NCBI GenBank assembly: GCA_021299675.1
Contig: JAJTIF010000184.1
Coordinates: forward strand, 1 to 35,144
DNA: 35,144 bases
Reading direction: 5' to 3'
Origin: Pseudomonadota bacterium
Lineage (GTDB): Bacteria > Bdellovibrionota > Bacteriovoracia > Bacteriovoracales > Bacteriovoracaceae
This document shows, in pieces, positions 1 through 9,119 of the stretch (the first letter of the stretch is position 1; each line of letters starts with the position of its first letter). Under the pieces are notes generated by a model. It ran no database searches and was not told where the DNA came from. It was given only the letters and a program-made list of their open reading frames with translations. The translations under genes and the position numbers were made by a program.

Positions 1-338
1 ACTTCAATGGAGCGCGAGAAGTGCTTCGGGATATCGATAAGTCGGTGGAGAGTTTTTACCAATTGGCAGACTCTCGTAATGACTTACTCGTGGTGGTCTC
101 TGGTGCAGCTGGGATCGATCTGGAGTTTCCTTTGGAAGGAAAAGATTGGCAGAAGTTTGATATGAAAGGTGCCGAGGTCTATCCACGCAGAGGTGAACTG
201 AGTGTCCCGGTGTTTGCTCGGGGGGCGCGCTCAGAAAATTTCTGTGGCTTCTACGAGGAGAGTCAGCTCTTCGACCGTGTCCTCAGTGGACCAAAGCAGC
301 AAGGACTTGAGTTAAAAGTCATCAATCCATTTAATTAA
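1..338 (+). CDS. 3' end of an unidentified protein-coding gene, truncated by the window edge
   Basis: The frame-3 reading frame is open from base 3 (FNGAREVLRDIDKS...) to the TAA at 336-338. I recognised no family motif. Its stop lies inside the palindrome TTAATTAA (331-338), which also contains the stop of the convergent hslO. Confidence 0.5.
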   Translation, partial: FNGAREVLRDIDKSVESFYQLADSRNDLLVVVSGAAGIDLEFPLEGKDWQKFDMKGAEVYPRRGELSVPVFARGARSENFCGFYEESQLFDRVLSGPKQQGLELKVINPFN

Positions 339-1185
339 TAGGGTCTTTTGTGAAGGGCGCCTTGAGGTCATCACGATTGATCTCATAGGTTTTCTTGCAA
401 TAATCACACTTCGCTTCCAAGGTTTGTTTACCAGCAAAAAGAGCCTCGGGGTCTTGGGCAAAGAGCATCCGGAGATTATCTTGCATGCGTTCAAGAGAGC
501 AGGGGCAATAGAATTCCACATGGCGACTTGAGAGATAAGCGAAGCCTTTTTTCTCGAAAGGTTTGACGACGTGTTCAACGCTCGAAAGGTTCTGCTGGAA
601 GATCTTATCAAAAAAGTCTTCGTGGGTGGCGATGTATCGTTCGAGAGACAAAGTGCCGTCTTTGAGTTCCGAATTCACGTTCAGCTTTGGAAGCTTATGG
701 ATCAGGAGACTTTGGTCACTATGAGGTGAAACAATCGCTTTGGCATTGGCCTGGTAAGACTCCTCGATCAGTTTATTAAAAACATTATTACTTTGTTCTT
801 CGTGAAAACTGACGACGGAAGTGTAGGGAGTTTTTCCATGGGGAAAAAGCTTTGTGACCCGTGTAATTCCGGTGATTTTATCTGGGAAAGTCTCGAATTC
901 CTCCGGAATGAGAAGTGTCCGCACGAAACCGGCAAAGTTCGTTTCAATCTTTAAGCGAAAGAATGGTTCAGAGGAATCAAGGTAGAGCCCAAGGCTCTCC
1001 CCGGATTTGAGAAAACTAATCAGAGGAATGGCGCCTAAGACCGAATCACGAAAGAACGCGAAGCCATCCCCTCTGAGGTTGTGCGTTATTGCCAAATCAT
1101 GCACCAGTTTTTGACCATCAAAGAAATGAATGGCGATACCCTGTGCAGAATCAAGAAAACTATAAAGGCGGCTGTCTGTAAGCAT
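331..1185 (-). CDS. hslO: Hsp33 redox-regulated chaperone
   Basis: The ORF is 284 aa, a typical Hsp33 length. The C-terminal zinc/redox switch CxC...CxxC is present (FYCPCSLERM ... KCDYCKKTY). Confidence 0.9.
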   Translation of the reverse strand: MLTDSRLYSFLDSAQGIAIHFFDGQKLVHDLAITHNLRGDGFAFFRDSVLGAIPLISFLKSGESLGLYLDSSEPFFRLKIETNFAGFVRTLLIPEEFETFPDKITGITRVTKLFPHGKTPYTSVVSFHEEQSNNVFNKLIEESYQANAKAIVSPHSDQSLLIHKLPKLNVNSELKDGTLSLERYIATHEDFFDKIFQQNLSSVEHVVKPFEKKGFAYLSSRHVEFYCPCSLERMQDNLRMLFAQDPEALFAGKQTLEAKCDYCKKTYEINRDDLKAPFTKDPIN

Positions 1186-1213
1186 CCCAAAAAATTACGT
1201 TAAAGTTCAGAGA

Positions 1214-3670
1214 ATGTCAGTACTTTCAGAAAACGTTGGGTGTATTATCACAGAAATGTTAAAGGTCATTGGATATCAACATTCTGCAAAACTCTTCTCA
1301 AACCTCCAGTCTGAACTAGGTCCAGATGCGACTTTGATTGTGACCGCTAACCCTTTAAAAGCAGATAGCTTAAGACTTAAATGGGCGACTCACGGAAAAG
1401 TCGATGTCGTGACCTTTTCAAAGTTTTCATCGACTCTCGCTGAGAAACTCAACCCGAATGAAACTAAAGTTGCTTGGCGCAAATCACGACTTCTTTTGCA
1501 GCTGAATGCCTTCAAAAACTTACTCCCTCAGGGCAAGGAATTAAGCTACTCGGAGTTTAAGGCAGCGTACCAGATATTCTCTGATCTGAGAGCTTACGTT
1601 CCAACGCAAGAATTCCCCGACGAGATTCTGCAGCACTTGGATGAGAATGTCTCTCTCGTAGCACAGCTCTTTCACCAGGCGGCAAGAAGCCTAGAGATCC
1701 TTGATGAACATACGGGCACTCAATTCCTCGCCGAAGAACTGCGCAAGCCAGAGGGGATAACGCTGGATCAACCGGTGGTCATCTTCGAAGGGTTTAGTTT
1801 TCTCACCCCGGTACAGATCTCTTTGGTAGAGGCACTTGCAATCCGCCACAAAGTCCTCGTCCCTGTGCCTCAATCGGTTCTTGATCAGGCACACCCCTTT
1901 GATTGGGTCAGTATCATCAGAGACGGCGCTGACGAATACCTTCCATCCCCAGCGAAGAATGATTCACCACAAGACTTTAAGCTGCAGCTTTACCCTTCAG
2001 GATCTCTGCTGGCCCTTCTTAAAACAAAATTTGAGCATCTTGAGACGCCAACCCAGCTGCTTCTTTCAGCAAAGAGGCTTGATGCCATAATAGAGCAGGG
2101 AATTCCTCTGGAGTTCTATCAGAAGAAGACATCCGTGGATGTGCTTGCGGAAGAGCGGGAGAGAGTCTTTTCGATGCTGGAGAAGAGATGCCTCGGTGGT
2201 GCAAAAACTGCTGGTGCCATTGATATTTTACCGGCCATTGATGAGATGATCGGTGAATTCAAGAAGAGCCCGACGCTCACAAGTGCTCGATCCTTGGCCG
2301 TCTTGCAGCTCATTAAGTCGGCTTGTCTCTCTGTACCAAAAATTTTAGACCAACAGAAAATGGATGCCTTCTTTTTTCAACTTCTGCAGGAAGTGGTCGC
2401 CCTCGATTCTCCTCGTAATAATCTTATTTCGATGTCGCCAACATCGCTGGCCGTTAATCTTCTGACCATCCAAGACACACATCTCCTCGAACCAGATAAG
2501 CCAGTTCTCCTCTGTATCGATTCCCAATTCCAGAGTCTGATGAGCCAGAATCGAGCCTTTTCGCCGAAGCTCGAAAGAGAACTCGCAAAACTGGGACCAG
2601 TCAGAAGACCCGAACTTGAGTTTCTTTATATTGAAGCGAGCCTGTCTGAAGTCTGGCTCCATCCTCAGTTGGAGATTCTGGTTGAAGAGGGAGTGCTTGA
2701 GCACGATCTGGGATGGAAAAAAATATTTTCCAAAGCTGAGCCAACTTTCGCCACTGCTACACCCCTGCTCACAGAAGTGGTGCCAGATTTTTCGTTCTTT
2801 AAGTCTGAATCCCTCCCTCATAGCACAAACCTTATTTCCGCTTCGCGGCTGCAGGATTACCTTGATTGCCCGAAGAAGTACCACGCCTCGAGAGTCGCAA
2901 AAATTACCCCGATGGTGACACAGGTTTCCGAGGTTGATGTGATGAACCTTGGAAATATCGAACATGAGTTGATTAAAATCGGGTGGGAAAACGGAGAGTC
3001 TTGGTGGAGCGAAATTTCGAACCTTGAAGCAGAAGCCAAAAGACTGATGGTGGAGAAGTTTGGTTTTTCTCAATTGAGTCCGATCACCCTTGCTGGTGCC
3101 GCACACGAGGCGAGCCTTTACAGCCTAAACGGTCTTGGTGCCCTCAAACGATTGACCTCAAAGTTGCCCGAGAGCCGTCTGGAGTTTGCCATCAAACTTG
3201 ACCGCTCGGCAGGCCGCCAAGGGGAGATCGACTGTCTCGTGCGGAGTCCACGAACAGATTTCATCATCGACTTTAAACGCTCGAAGGGGCAAAACCCAAG
3301 TCTGCGTCAGTTCCAAGCAAACTTCTCAAAAATTCAGCTTTGGTTTTACTTAAACTCCATTCCCCTTGAGTCGTCAAAAGACTACGGTGTGGGCTATCTT
3401 TTTTTGAAAGATATTGAGGAATCTTGGATCCTGACTTCGGAGGATGCGTGTGCGCTTCTCGAGGAAGATTTTCCCAACCGGGTCGCCGCTTGGAAAGACT
3501 TCGGCGTTCAGTTTGAAAGCTACCGGCTCTTCGAAGCCTCTGCTCTTGAAAAGTGGCGCCATGAGGTGAATTTTCTCCCGCAGCCAAGCTCCAAGAAAAT
3601 TTGTACGTTTTGTGATCTGAGTGCTCTGTGTCCGAAATCCTCTATCGATGACGAGGAGGAGGAGTCATGA
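1214..3670 (+). CDS. addB: AddB-like subunit of a helicase-nuclease (PD-(D/E)XK nuclease with a four-Cys Fe-S-type motif)
   Basis: The ORF is 818 aa. The C-terminal nuclease motifs are GEIDCLV...IIDFKRSK and QLWFY. Four Cys bracket them (YLDCPKKY ... CTFCDLSALC = C-x2-C-x5-C), as in AddB/Cas4 nucleases. It overlaps the downstream UvrD-type gene by 4 nt (ATGA). I saw no Walker A motif in the N-terminal part. Confidence 0.75.
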   Translation: MSVLSENVGCIITEMLKVIGYQHSAKLFSNLQSELGPDATLIVTANPLKADSLRLKWATHGKVDVVTFSKFSSTLAEKLNPNETKVAWRKSRLLLQLNAFKNLLPQGKELSYSEFKAAYQIFSDLRAYVPTQEFPDEILQHLDENVSLVAQLFHQAARSLEILDEHTGTQFLAEELRKPEGITLDQPVVIFEGFSFLTPVQISLVEALAIRHKVLVPVPQSVLDQAHPFDWVSIIRDGADEYLPSPAKNDSPQDFKLQLYPSGSLLALLKTKFEHLETPTQLLLSAKRLDAIIEQGIPLEFYQKKTSVDVLAEERERVFSMLEKRCLGGAKTAGAIDILPAIDEMIGEFKKSPTLTSARSLAVLQLIKSACLSVPKILDQQKMDAFFFQLLQEVVALDSPRNNLISMSPTSLAVNLLTIQDTHLLEPDKPVLLCIDSQFQSLMSQNRAFSPKLERELAKLGPVRRPELEFLYIEASLSEVWLHPQLEILVEEGVLEHDLGWKKIFSKAEPTFATATPLLTEVVPDFSFFKSESLPHSTNLISASRLQDYLDCPKKYHASRVAKITPMVTQVSEVDVMNLGNIEHELIKIGWENGESWWSEISNLEAEAKRLMVEKFGFSQLSPITLAGAAHEASLYSLNGLGALKRLTSKLPESRLEFAIKLDRSAGRQGEIDCLVRSPRTDFIIDFKRSKGQNPSLRQFQANFSKIQLWFYLNSIPLESSKDYGVGYLFLKDIEESWILTSEDACALLEEDFPNRVAAWKDFGVQFESYRLFEASALEKWRHEVNFLPQPSSKKICTFCDLSALCPKSSIDDEEEES

Positions 3671-6600
3671 GTCGATCCCCTAACTTTGAGCAGAAGCCAG
3701 CGATCGAGCATTTGGGAGGGAAGCTTCTGAGTGCCGGAGCTGGATCTGGCAAGACTTTCGTATTAATTGAACACGTCAAGCACCTCACTCGAATCTGGTC
3801 CAGTGAATGGCGAGGGGCGAGATCTATGAACTCGCTCGCGGATTACCTTGCTGAACGGTACTCGACCCTTGTGCTCATGACCTTCACTCGCTTAGCTGCG
3901 GGTGAGATTCATGTGCGCTTGAGTGATCAGATCGAATCCCTTGTTGCCAACTGTCCCATGGAAGAAAAAGAAATGTGGCTGGCCGCTCAGGAGTCACTGG
4001 GATTTCTGACCGTGACTACGATCGATGGCTTTTTCTATAAATTGGTGCGGCAAGGGTATTTCCCCGGTCTTTCACCTGAAACACCCATCATCATGTACGA
4101 AGCGAAGCGGAAGATGATTCTCGAATCATTTGACCTATGGTGGGAAAAAAATTTCCAGAGAATTCCTTTCGATTATCAACGTGACGCCTCCATGCACCGC
4201 AAAGATCTGAGTGAGTCTTTCGTGAAAATCATGGGCGATCCAACGCTGCGGACATCTTGGTTAGATTTCAAAATTGAAGATGTCGCTCCTGAGAATCTTC
4301 ACTTTATGCTGAAGCCGATTGAGGGGATCTGCGGCTGGAACGCCTTCATCCGTCGCTCCGTGGAGATTCCTGAAGAGGCGCGAAAAAATAAATGGGCGAA
4401 GATGGCCGAGGCGCTCAACGCTCGCCCTAATCCTATCGAGTCTTGGGCTGATCTTTTGGATTGGTATGAGTTCTGTCAAACCGAAGTTGCGAACACAGTT
4501 CATAATTTTGGAAAAGCCAAAGCCCTCGTTGAGGACTACTTCGCCGATTATAAAGAGTTCAAAAAATCAATCTTGGACTGGGGAGAAAGTTTCACGCACT
4601 ATCAGGCGCATTTTGAGTCTCGTATCAAGCCCTGGCTTCTCACCCTTAAGGACCTTGTGGTTTGGTTGGATGAATCTTCGGATCCGGGTCTTGGACTCAC
4701 CTACGGTGACCTCGAGTACGAGGTGTTGAGGAATCTTCGGGATAAGTCCTTGGCTAAGCGGATCGCTAGAGACTTTACCTACTTCATTGTGGATGAGTTT
4801 CAGGACACTTCACTTGTGCAGTACGAGGCCCTTCGTCTCCTCACGCTCGATCAAACTGAGCGCTTGTTCTGCGTCGGTGACCCAAAGCAGGCGATCTACG
4901 GTTTTCGAGGAGGGGAGCTTGCAGTCTTTGAAAACCTCTCTAAAGATTTAGGTGAGAAGAATAACCTGCTGATGTCGACGAACTATCGATCTGAGAAAGC
5001 CGTGATCGAATTCAATAACCATCTCTTTAGTTTCCTTTTGCCACTGGGCAACGGCTGGAAAGGGAGAGATCCCTTCACGGTGAAGATGAGTGAACAGTCG
5101 GTTCCGGAATCGGCTGATGCAGCAGGTGGGAAAATCACAGAATTGAATCTGCTCTTGCCTCCGGTGGTGCAAGTGAGACCTGAGTTGGAAGTGAAGAAAA
5201 ATCCTACCTGGCGTCATAAGGATTTAGACTTGTTTGAAGCCCAGGCTTTCGCGGACCTCATAGCTGAGCGCTTGCGTGAGAGTGAGCAGACGACGATCGC
5301 AGTCCTGTACCGAAAGCTCGAACCCTCGAAGGTTCTCATCGGCGAACTTATCAAACGCGGTATTGGTTTCACTTCTCAGGCCAAGGTCCCGTACAACCAG
5401 GATCCCTTGAGTGGTATTCTGCTGGCGCTTCTCCAAGATGAACTCGCTGAAAAAAAAGGTCAGTGGGCCAGCTACATGCTGACAGGCTACCTTTCAGTAC
5501 TCGGATTCAGTCCCAACCCAGAGTTAGAGAAGGTGTGTGCTCAGTTTCGACAGGACCTTCAACTTTTTGGCATTTCTGTCAGTTTTAGTTTATTCTTGGA
5601 GAGGATCCATCTTTCTAATGCTCTTCCTGAAGGAAACTTACAGGCACTCCTTGAGCTGATGACCATTTCACAAAACAACATAGAGACGATCTACCAGCGC
5701 TTGAAAGCGAAGGCTGAATTGAGCTGGTCAGCGAACTTTCGTTTCGGTGAAAAAGCTCATCGAGTGATCATCCAAAGCGCCCATGCCTCGAAGGGCCTCG
5801 AGTACGATCATGTGTTCGTCGGGGGATCATTTACCAATGGGAAATCCAAGCCGGATCGCTCTTGGGCAGGATCCTTCCCTGGTGCCGCACTTTGGATCGA
5901 AAACCCCCTACTTCGGGAACGGCGCAAGACCATCAGTTTTCAGTTCGAGCAGCTCATCGGGACTCACAAAGTTTTTTCAGAGGCAAAACGGCTTTTGTAT
6001 GTGGCCTGTACTAGGGCGAAAAAAGAACTCGTTCTGCTCCGGGCTACGGCACAGAATGATGAACTCAAGCTCGATGACAAATCTTGGTCACGGGCACTCG
6101 AGCTTTTTCTTTCTCAGGCAACGTTGGTGAGAAACCAAAAAATAGTTTCATTTGAGAATGCTCCAGAAATCCAAGAGACTTCGTCTCAGCCATTCTTCCA
6201 CACTAATAATCTGGGGATGGTGGAAAAGCTTCGAGACTCTGCTCGTCTTTATGGCATTGTTCCAGAACTCTCAGCCACGAAACTAAATTCTTTGATGGAT
6301 TGTCCTCGGCAGTTCTACTACAAGAATGTGCTTAAGCTCGACGAAGAGCTCGTGAATAAATGGTCTGAGGAGGAGTCCACAGAAGTAGCCGTTTCATCGA
6401 GCCAGCGAGGCAGTGAAATCCATTTGGCCCTCATGGAAGCGGTGGAGCACAACATGGTGATCCCACTGAAATATGTGAATCATCCTTACAAAACACAGAT
6501 CGAGTGGGCGCTTGGTCACCTGCATTTAGTAAAAGAGAAAAATTCCAGTGCGCAGTTTCTATGTGAAAAGCCCATGAAGTTTCCCTTCTTTGGATTCATG

Positions 6601-6933
6601 CTTTCGGGTATTCCCGATCTTGTAATACGTGAGACAAAAACTCAAATATGGGACTATAAGACGGGTCGCCGCAAGCCAGAGACAGAAAAGAAATACTGGC
6701 AGCAGCTCATGATCTATGCCTATGCGTTTTGGTCAACCAAGCTCGAAGACCTTCAGTCAGATATTTCACTAACCCTTTGTTATGTGGATGAAAAAACTCT
6801 CGTCGAGAAAGTTGTGAGTTGGGATCAAGTGAACACGGAACTTTTTAGTGTGTGGAGCAAGCTGAGTGACCTGAGTGTCGCTAACACAGAAGCCTGTGGC
6901 TACTGCCCCTATCAAGAGATTTGTCCTCGTTAA
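3667..6933 (+). CDS. addA: AddA-like UvrD/Rep superfamily-1 helicase fused to a C-terminal PD-(D/E)XK nuclease
   Basis: The SF1 motifs are present: Walker A (AGAGSGKTF), motif II (VDEFQDTS), motif III (GDPKQAIYGFRGG), motif IV (NYRS), motif V (SAHASKGLEYDHVFV) and motif VI (YVACTRAKKEL). The C-terminal nuclease shows GIPDLVI...WDYKTG and QQLMIYAY, plus Cys at MDCPRQFYY and CGYCPYQEIC. Confidence 0.85.
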   Translation: MSRSPNFEQKPAIEHLGGKLLSAGAGSGKTFVLIEHVKHLTRIWSSEWRGARSMNSLADYLAERYSTLVLMTFTRLAAGEIHVRLSDQIESLVANCPMEEKEMWLAAQESLGFLTVTTIDGFFYKLVRQGYFPGLSPETPIIMYEAKRKMILESFDLWWEKNFQRIPFDYQRDASMHRKDLSESFVKIMGDPTLRTSWLDFKIEDVAPENLHFMLKPIEGICGWNAFIRRSVEIPEEARKNKWAKMAEALNARPNPIESWADLLDWYEFCQTEVANTVHNFGKAKALVEDYFADYKEFKKSILDWGESFTHYQAHFESRIKPWLLTLKDLVVWLDESSDPGLGLTYGDLEYEVLRNLRDKSLAKRIARDFTYFIVDEFQDTSLVQYEALRLLTLDQTERLFCVGDPKQAIYGFRGGELAVFENLSKDLGEKNNLLMSTNYRSEKAVIEFNNHLFSFLLPLGNGWKGRDPFTVKMSEQSVPESADAAGGKITELNLLLPPVVQVRPELEVKKNPTWRHKDLDLFEAQAFADLIAERLRESEQTTIAVLYRKLEPSKVLIGELIKRGIGFTSQAKVPYNQDPLSGILLALLQDELAEKKGQWASYMLTGYLSVLGFSPNPELEKVCAQFRQDLQLFGISVSFSLFLERIHLSNALPEGNLQALLELMTISQNNIETIYQRLKAKAELSWSANFRFGEKAHRVIIQSAHASKGLEYDHVFVGGSFTNGKSKPDRSWAGSFPGAALWIENPLLRERRKTISFQFEQLIGTHKVFSEAKRLLYVACTRAKKELVLLRATAQNDELKLDDKSWSRALELFLSQATLVRNQKIVSFENAPEIQETSSQPFFHTNNLGMVEKLRDSARLYGIVPELSATKLNSLMDCPRQFYYKNVLKLDEELVNKWSEEESTEVAVSSSQRGSEIHLALMEAVEHNMVIPLKYVNHPYKTQIEWALGHLHLVKEKNSSAQFLCEKPMKFPFFGFMLSGIPDLVIRETKTQIWDYKTGRRKPETEKKYWQQLMIYAYAFWSTKLEDLQSDISLTLCYVDEKTLVEKVVSWDQVNTELFSVWSKLSDLSVANTEACGYCPYQEICPR

Positions 6934-7004
6934 CTTGCGCGCCATTTTCATCGTGTTATCATATATATAAGCGCGATTTAGCACTTGTTTCTTAGGATGA
7001 GGAC

Positions 7005-7697
7005 ATGATGAAGATCTATTTTAATTTTATACTGCTGCTCATTTCTTTCTCTACCTTGGCTAGTGAATCATCGGTGTACGATTTTTCTTGGCTCGATAAG
7101 GATAAAGAAGTTTATGTCCTTCAAAATCGAAAATTTCGAAAAGATGGCCGGCTCTATTTTAGTGTCAATGGCATTAAGACCTTGTCCGGTGCGTTCGTTG
7201 ATTCTTACGGCGCCAGTGGGCGAGTGGGATACTTCTTCAAAGAAGACTGGGGAGTTGAATTTCTCTATTCCAAGTACACGGGTGAAGAAAATGATACGGC
7301 GAAGGGAGTAAGAGCGCAGTCCACCGTACCCTTTTATCGAAAAATGGACACGATGATGGGTGGTATTATTTGGTGGTCACCGTTCTATGCCAAGATTAAT
7401 ACCTTCAATTCAATCTTCTACTATGACTGGATGTTTGGTTTAGGTGTGGCTCAAGGCCAAACACAAGATAATAGAAATTTATTTCTACCAGGAAACCCAA
7501 GTACTCTTACCACAGAGGCAGTGACCGGTGGTGTGTGGGCCACTTCGATGCGCTTCCACCTCGATCAGGCGTGGAGTGTTCGCCTTGATCTTACTGGATT
7601 TCATTACAATGGAACCAAACAAGTCACTGCTGCTCAGAAATCAACAGACCTATTCTCAAACTACGATTTTAGCGTCGGTTTAGCTTTTGCATTTTAA
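7005..7697 (+). CDS. Small outer-membrane beta-barrel protein, GltA/GltB-like
   Basis: It has a signal peptide (MMKIYFNFILLLISFSTLASE), alternating amphipathic strands rich in Y/W/G, and a C-terminal aromatic OMP signature (...VGLAFAF). The 230-aa size and the position at the head of the TPR/FHA-TonB cluster match the Myxococcus GltA/B class. Confidence 0.6.
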   Translation: MMKIYFNFILLLISFSTLASESSVYDFSWLDKDKEVYVLQNRKFRKDGRLYFSVNGIKTLSGAFVDSYGASGRVGYFFKEDWGVEFLYSKYTGEENDTAKGVRAQSTVPFYRKMDTMMGGIIWWSPFYAKINTFNSIFYYDWMFGLGVAQGQTQDNRNLFLPGNPSTLTTEAVTGGVWATSMRFHLDQAWSVRLDLTGFHYNGTKQVTAAQKSTDLFSNYDFSVGLAFAF

Positions 7698-7712
7698 AGA
7701 AGGGAGAACAGG

Positions 7713-9119
7713 ATGTTCCACCGCTTGGCATTTTTAATAATTTTCTTAAGCCTCAATCTACAGGCCCAGTCGATCGGTAATGCCCAAAAGATTTGGGAAT
7801 CAAGCTCCGGTGCTGCGTCCTGGCGAGGGATTGTGATCAATCTTGTCCGTGCGGGCTATCCCTTTTCTGCGCTCCCTTTCATGAAGAATTATCTGATTCA
7901 AAATCGCTCTGCCATCGACAGCGAATTGGATGAGGTTTTTGAAGATCTCATCGCCGCGACAGGCATCCGCCCCTTCGAAACCCTTCCCGACAATGTTCTC
8001 GGTCAGTCTCGCTCTTCTGTGGTGAGATACATCCTCGCCAAGAAACACTTCAGGAAAGCGCGCTGGAGTCAGGCGCTGGAAGAAGTCCAGAGAGTGAACG
8101 CCAACCATTCCATCTACCCTTATGCGGTTCATTTGAAAGCGGCGATCCATTCCATTCAGGGTAATAACCAAGAAGCACGATCCGATTACCAAGACTGCGT
8201 CAATTACTCACGCTCACGATCAAATGGTGAGTCTAATCTCGCCAAAAGACACCAAATGCTAGCAAACCGGGACATGTGTCTGGCGGGCCTAGCGCGAACG
8301 GCGTTTAATATCAAAGACCACGCAGCAGCTGATCTTCTCTATCTTGATATTCCCAAGTCCTCACCCGTGTGGCCCACGATCTTGTTCGAAGAAGCGTGGA
8401 ACAGCTATTACTTGAATAATTATAATCGGACCCTCGGTAAACTGGTGTCCTATAAAGCGCCTGTCTTTGATTTTATCTTTAATCCTGAAATTGAAATCCT
8501 TAAGGCCCTGAGCTACCTCAAGCTCTGCCTCTATAATGATGTGAATAAGACAGCGGAAGACTTCTTCTCGAAGAACATGGCGCCGGCAAAATCCCTGCGC
8601 CAATTCATTGTGTCTCACGGCAGTGACTACAACTACTACTACAAGCTTGCGACCTCTTATGAGCAAAACAAAGTCGCTAAAGATCTGCTCGTCCAAAATA
8701 TCCTCCAAAGCATCGTCAAGGACCAAGCCTGGATTGAGATGCGCGCGGCCTATCTTCAGGCGATGCTGGAATTTGGTAAAATCCGTGACTCGGGTTCGAG
8801 TCGCTTTAACATTGCTCTGATGACCAATATTAAAGAGGTGGTTGGCCACTATCAGATTCTTCTTGGCAGCTACGCTCAGTCTCAGTTCCAAGAAAAGTAC
8901 AACCAGCTCTCTACCTCATTACAAGATATGAGTTTCATTAAGCTCGAGGTGCTTTCACGCAAAAAGCAGTCGCTCTATGAATCAAAGAGCCTTGAAGGTA
9001 AGCGTGGCGACATAAAATACATTGATCGCAACGAAAAACAGTATTTCTGGGATTTTGACGGTGAGTTCTGGGCGGACGAGCTTGGAGACTACGTTTTTGC
9101 ATTGGGGTCTGAATGCTAA
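7713..9119 (+). CDS. Secreted helical-repeat (TPR-like) protein in the position of gltC
   Basis: It has a signal peptide (MFHRLAFLIIFLSLNLQAQS) and TPR-like helices (e.g. YAVHLKAAIHSIQGNNQEARSDYQDCV). Its stop overlaps the next gene's start (ATGCTAA, 9113-9119). The GltC assignment rests on position and composition only. Confidence 0.5.
   Translation: MFHRLAFLIIFLSLNLQAQSIGNAQKIWESSSGAASWRGIVINLVRAGYPFSALPFMKNYLIQNRSAIDSELDEVFEDLIAATGIRPFETLPDNVLGQSRSSVVRYILAKKHFRKARWSQALEEVQRVNANHSIYPYAVHLKAAIHSIQGNNQEARSDYQDCVNYSRSRSNGESNLAKRHQMLANRDMCLAGLARTAFNIKDHAAADLLYLDIPKSSPVWPTILFEEAWNSYYLNNYNRTLGKLVSYKAPVFDFIFNPEIEILKALSYLKLCLYNDVNKTAEDFFSKNMAPAKSLRQFIVSHGSDYNYYYKLATSYEQNKVAKDLLVQNILQSIVKDQAWIEMRAAYLQAMLEFGKIRDSGSSRFNIALMTNIKEVVGHYQILLGSYAQSQFQEKYNQLSTSLQDMSFIKLEVLSRKKQSLYESKSLEGKRGDIKYIDRNEKQYFWDFDGEFWADELGDYVFALGSEC

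Noticed and set aside
331-338. The palindrome TTAATTAA contains the stop codons of both convergent genes (the unknown 3' fragment and hslO).
   Set aside because: The 8-nt convergent overlap is real but trivial. It is noted only because it leaves no room for a terminator between the genes.
2345-3106. A 253-aa ORF lies on the minus strand, fully inside the AddB-like gene.
   Set aside because: It is antisense to a gene with clear nuclease and Fe-S motifs. It has no recognisable motifs, signal peptide or Shine-Dalgarno, and its Arg/Ser/Leu/Phe/Cys-rich composition is typical of a shadow ORF.
1214-6933. The helicase-nuclease pair could be a phage-defence module (Gabija, Hachiman or Nhi-like).
   Set aside because: The two-subunit layout is that of AddAB recombination repair: a UvrD motor plus RecB-type nuclease, and a nuclease-only partner with four Cys. 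It is flanked by housekeeping genes, with no mobile-element or defence-island context.
6978-6986. TTAGCACTT resembles a CIRCE half-site and lies upstream of the OMP gene.
   Set aside because: No inverted partner (GAGTGCTAA) follows within about 9 nt, and the downstream genes are not chaperones. It is probably a chance match.
8361-8891. A 176-aa antisense ORF lies inside the TPR-like gene. Similar shadow ORFs occur at 33357-33800, 7800-8192, 4319-4729 and 5783-6130.
   Set aside because: All are embedded in longer, better-supported genes on the other strand or in another frame. Their composition is low-complexity or biased, and they have no start context.
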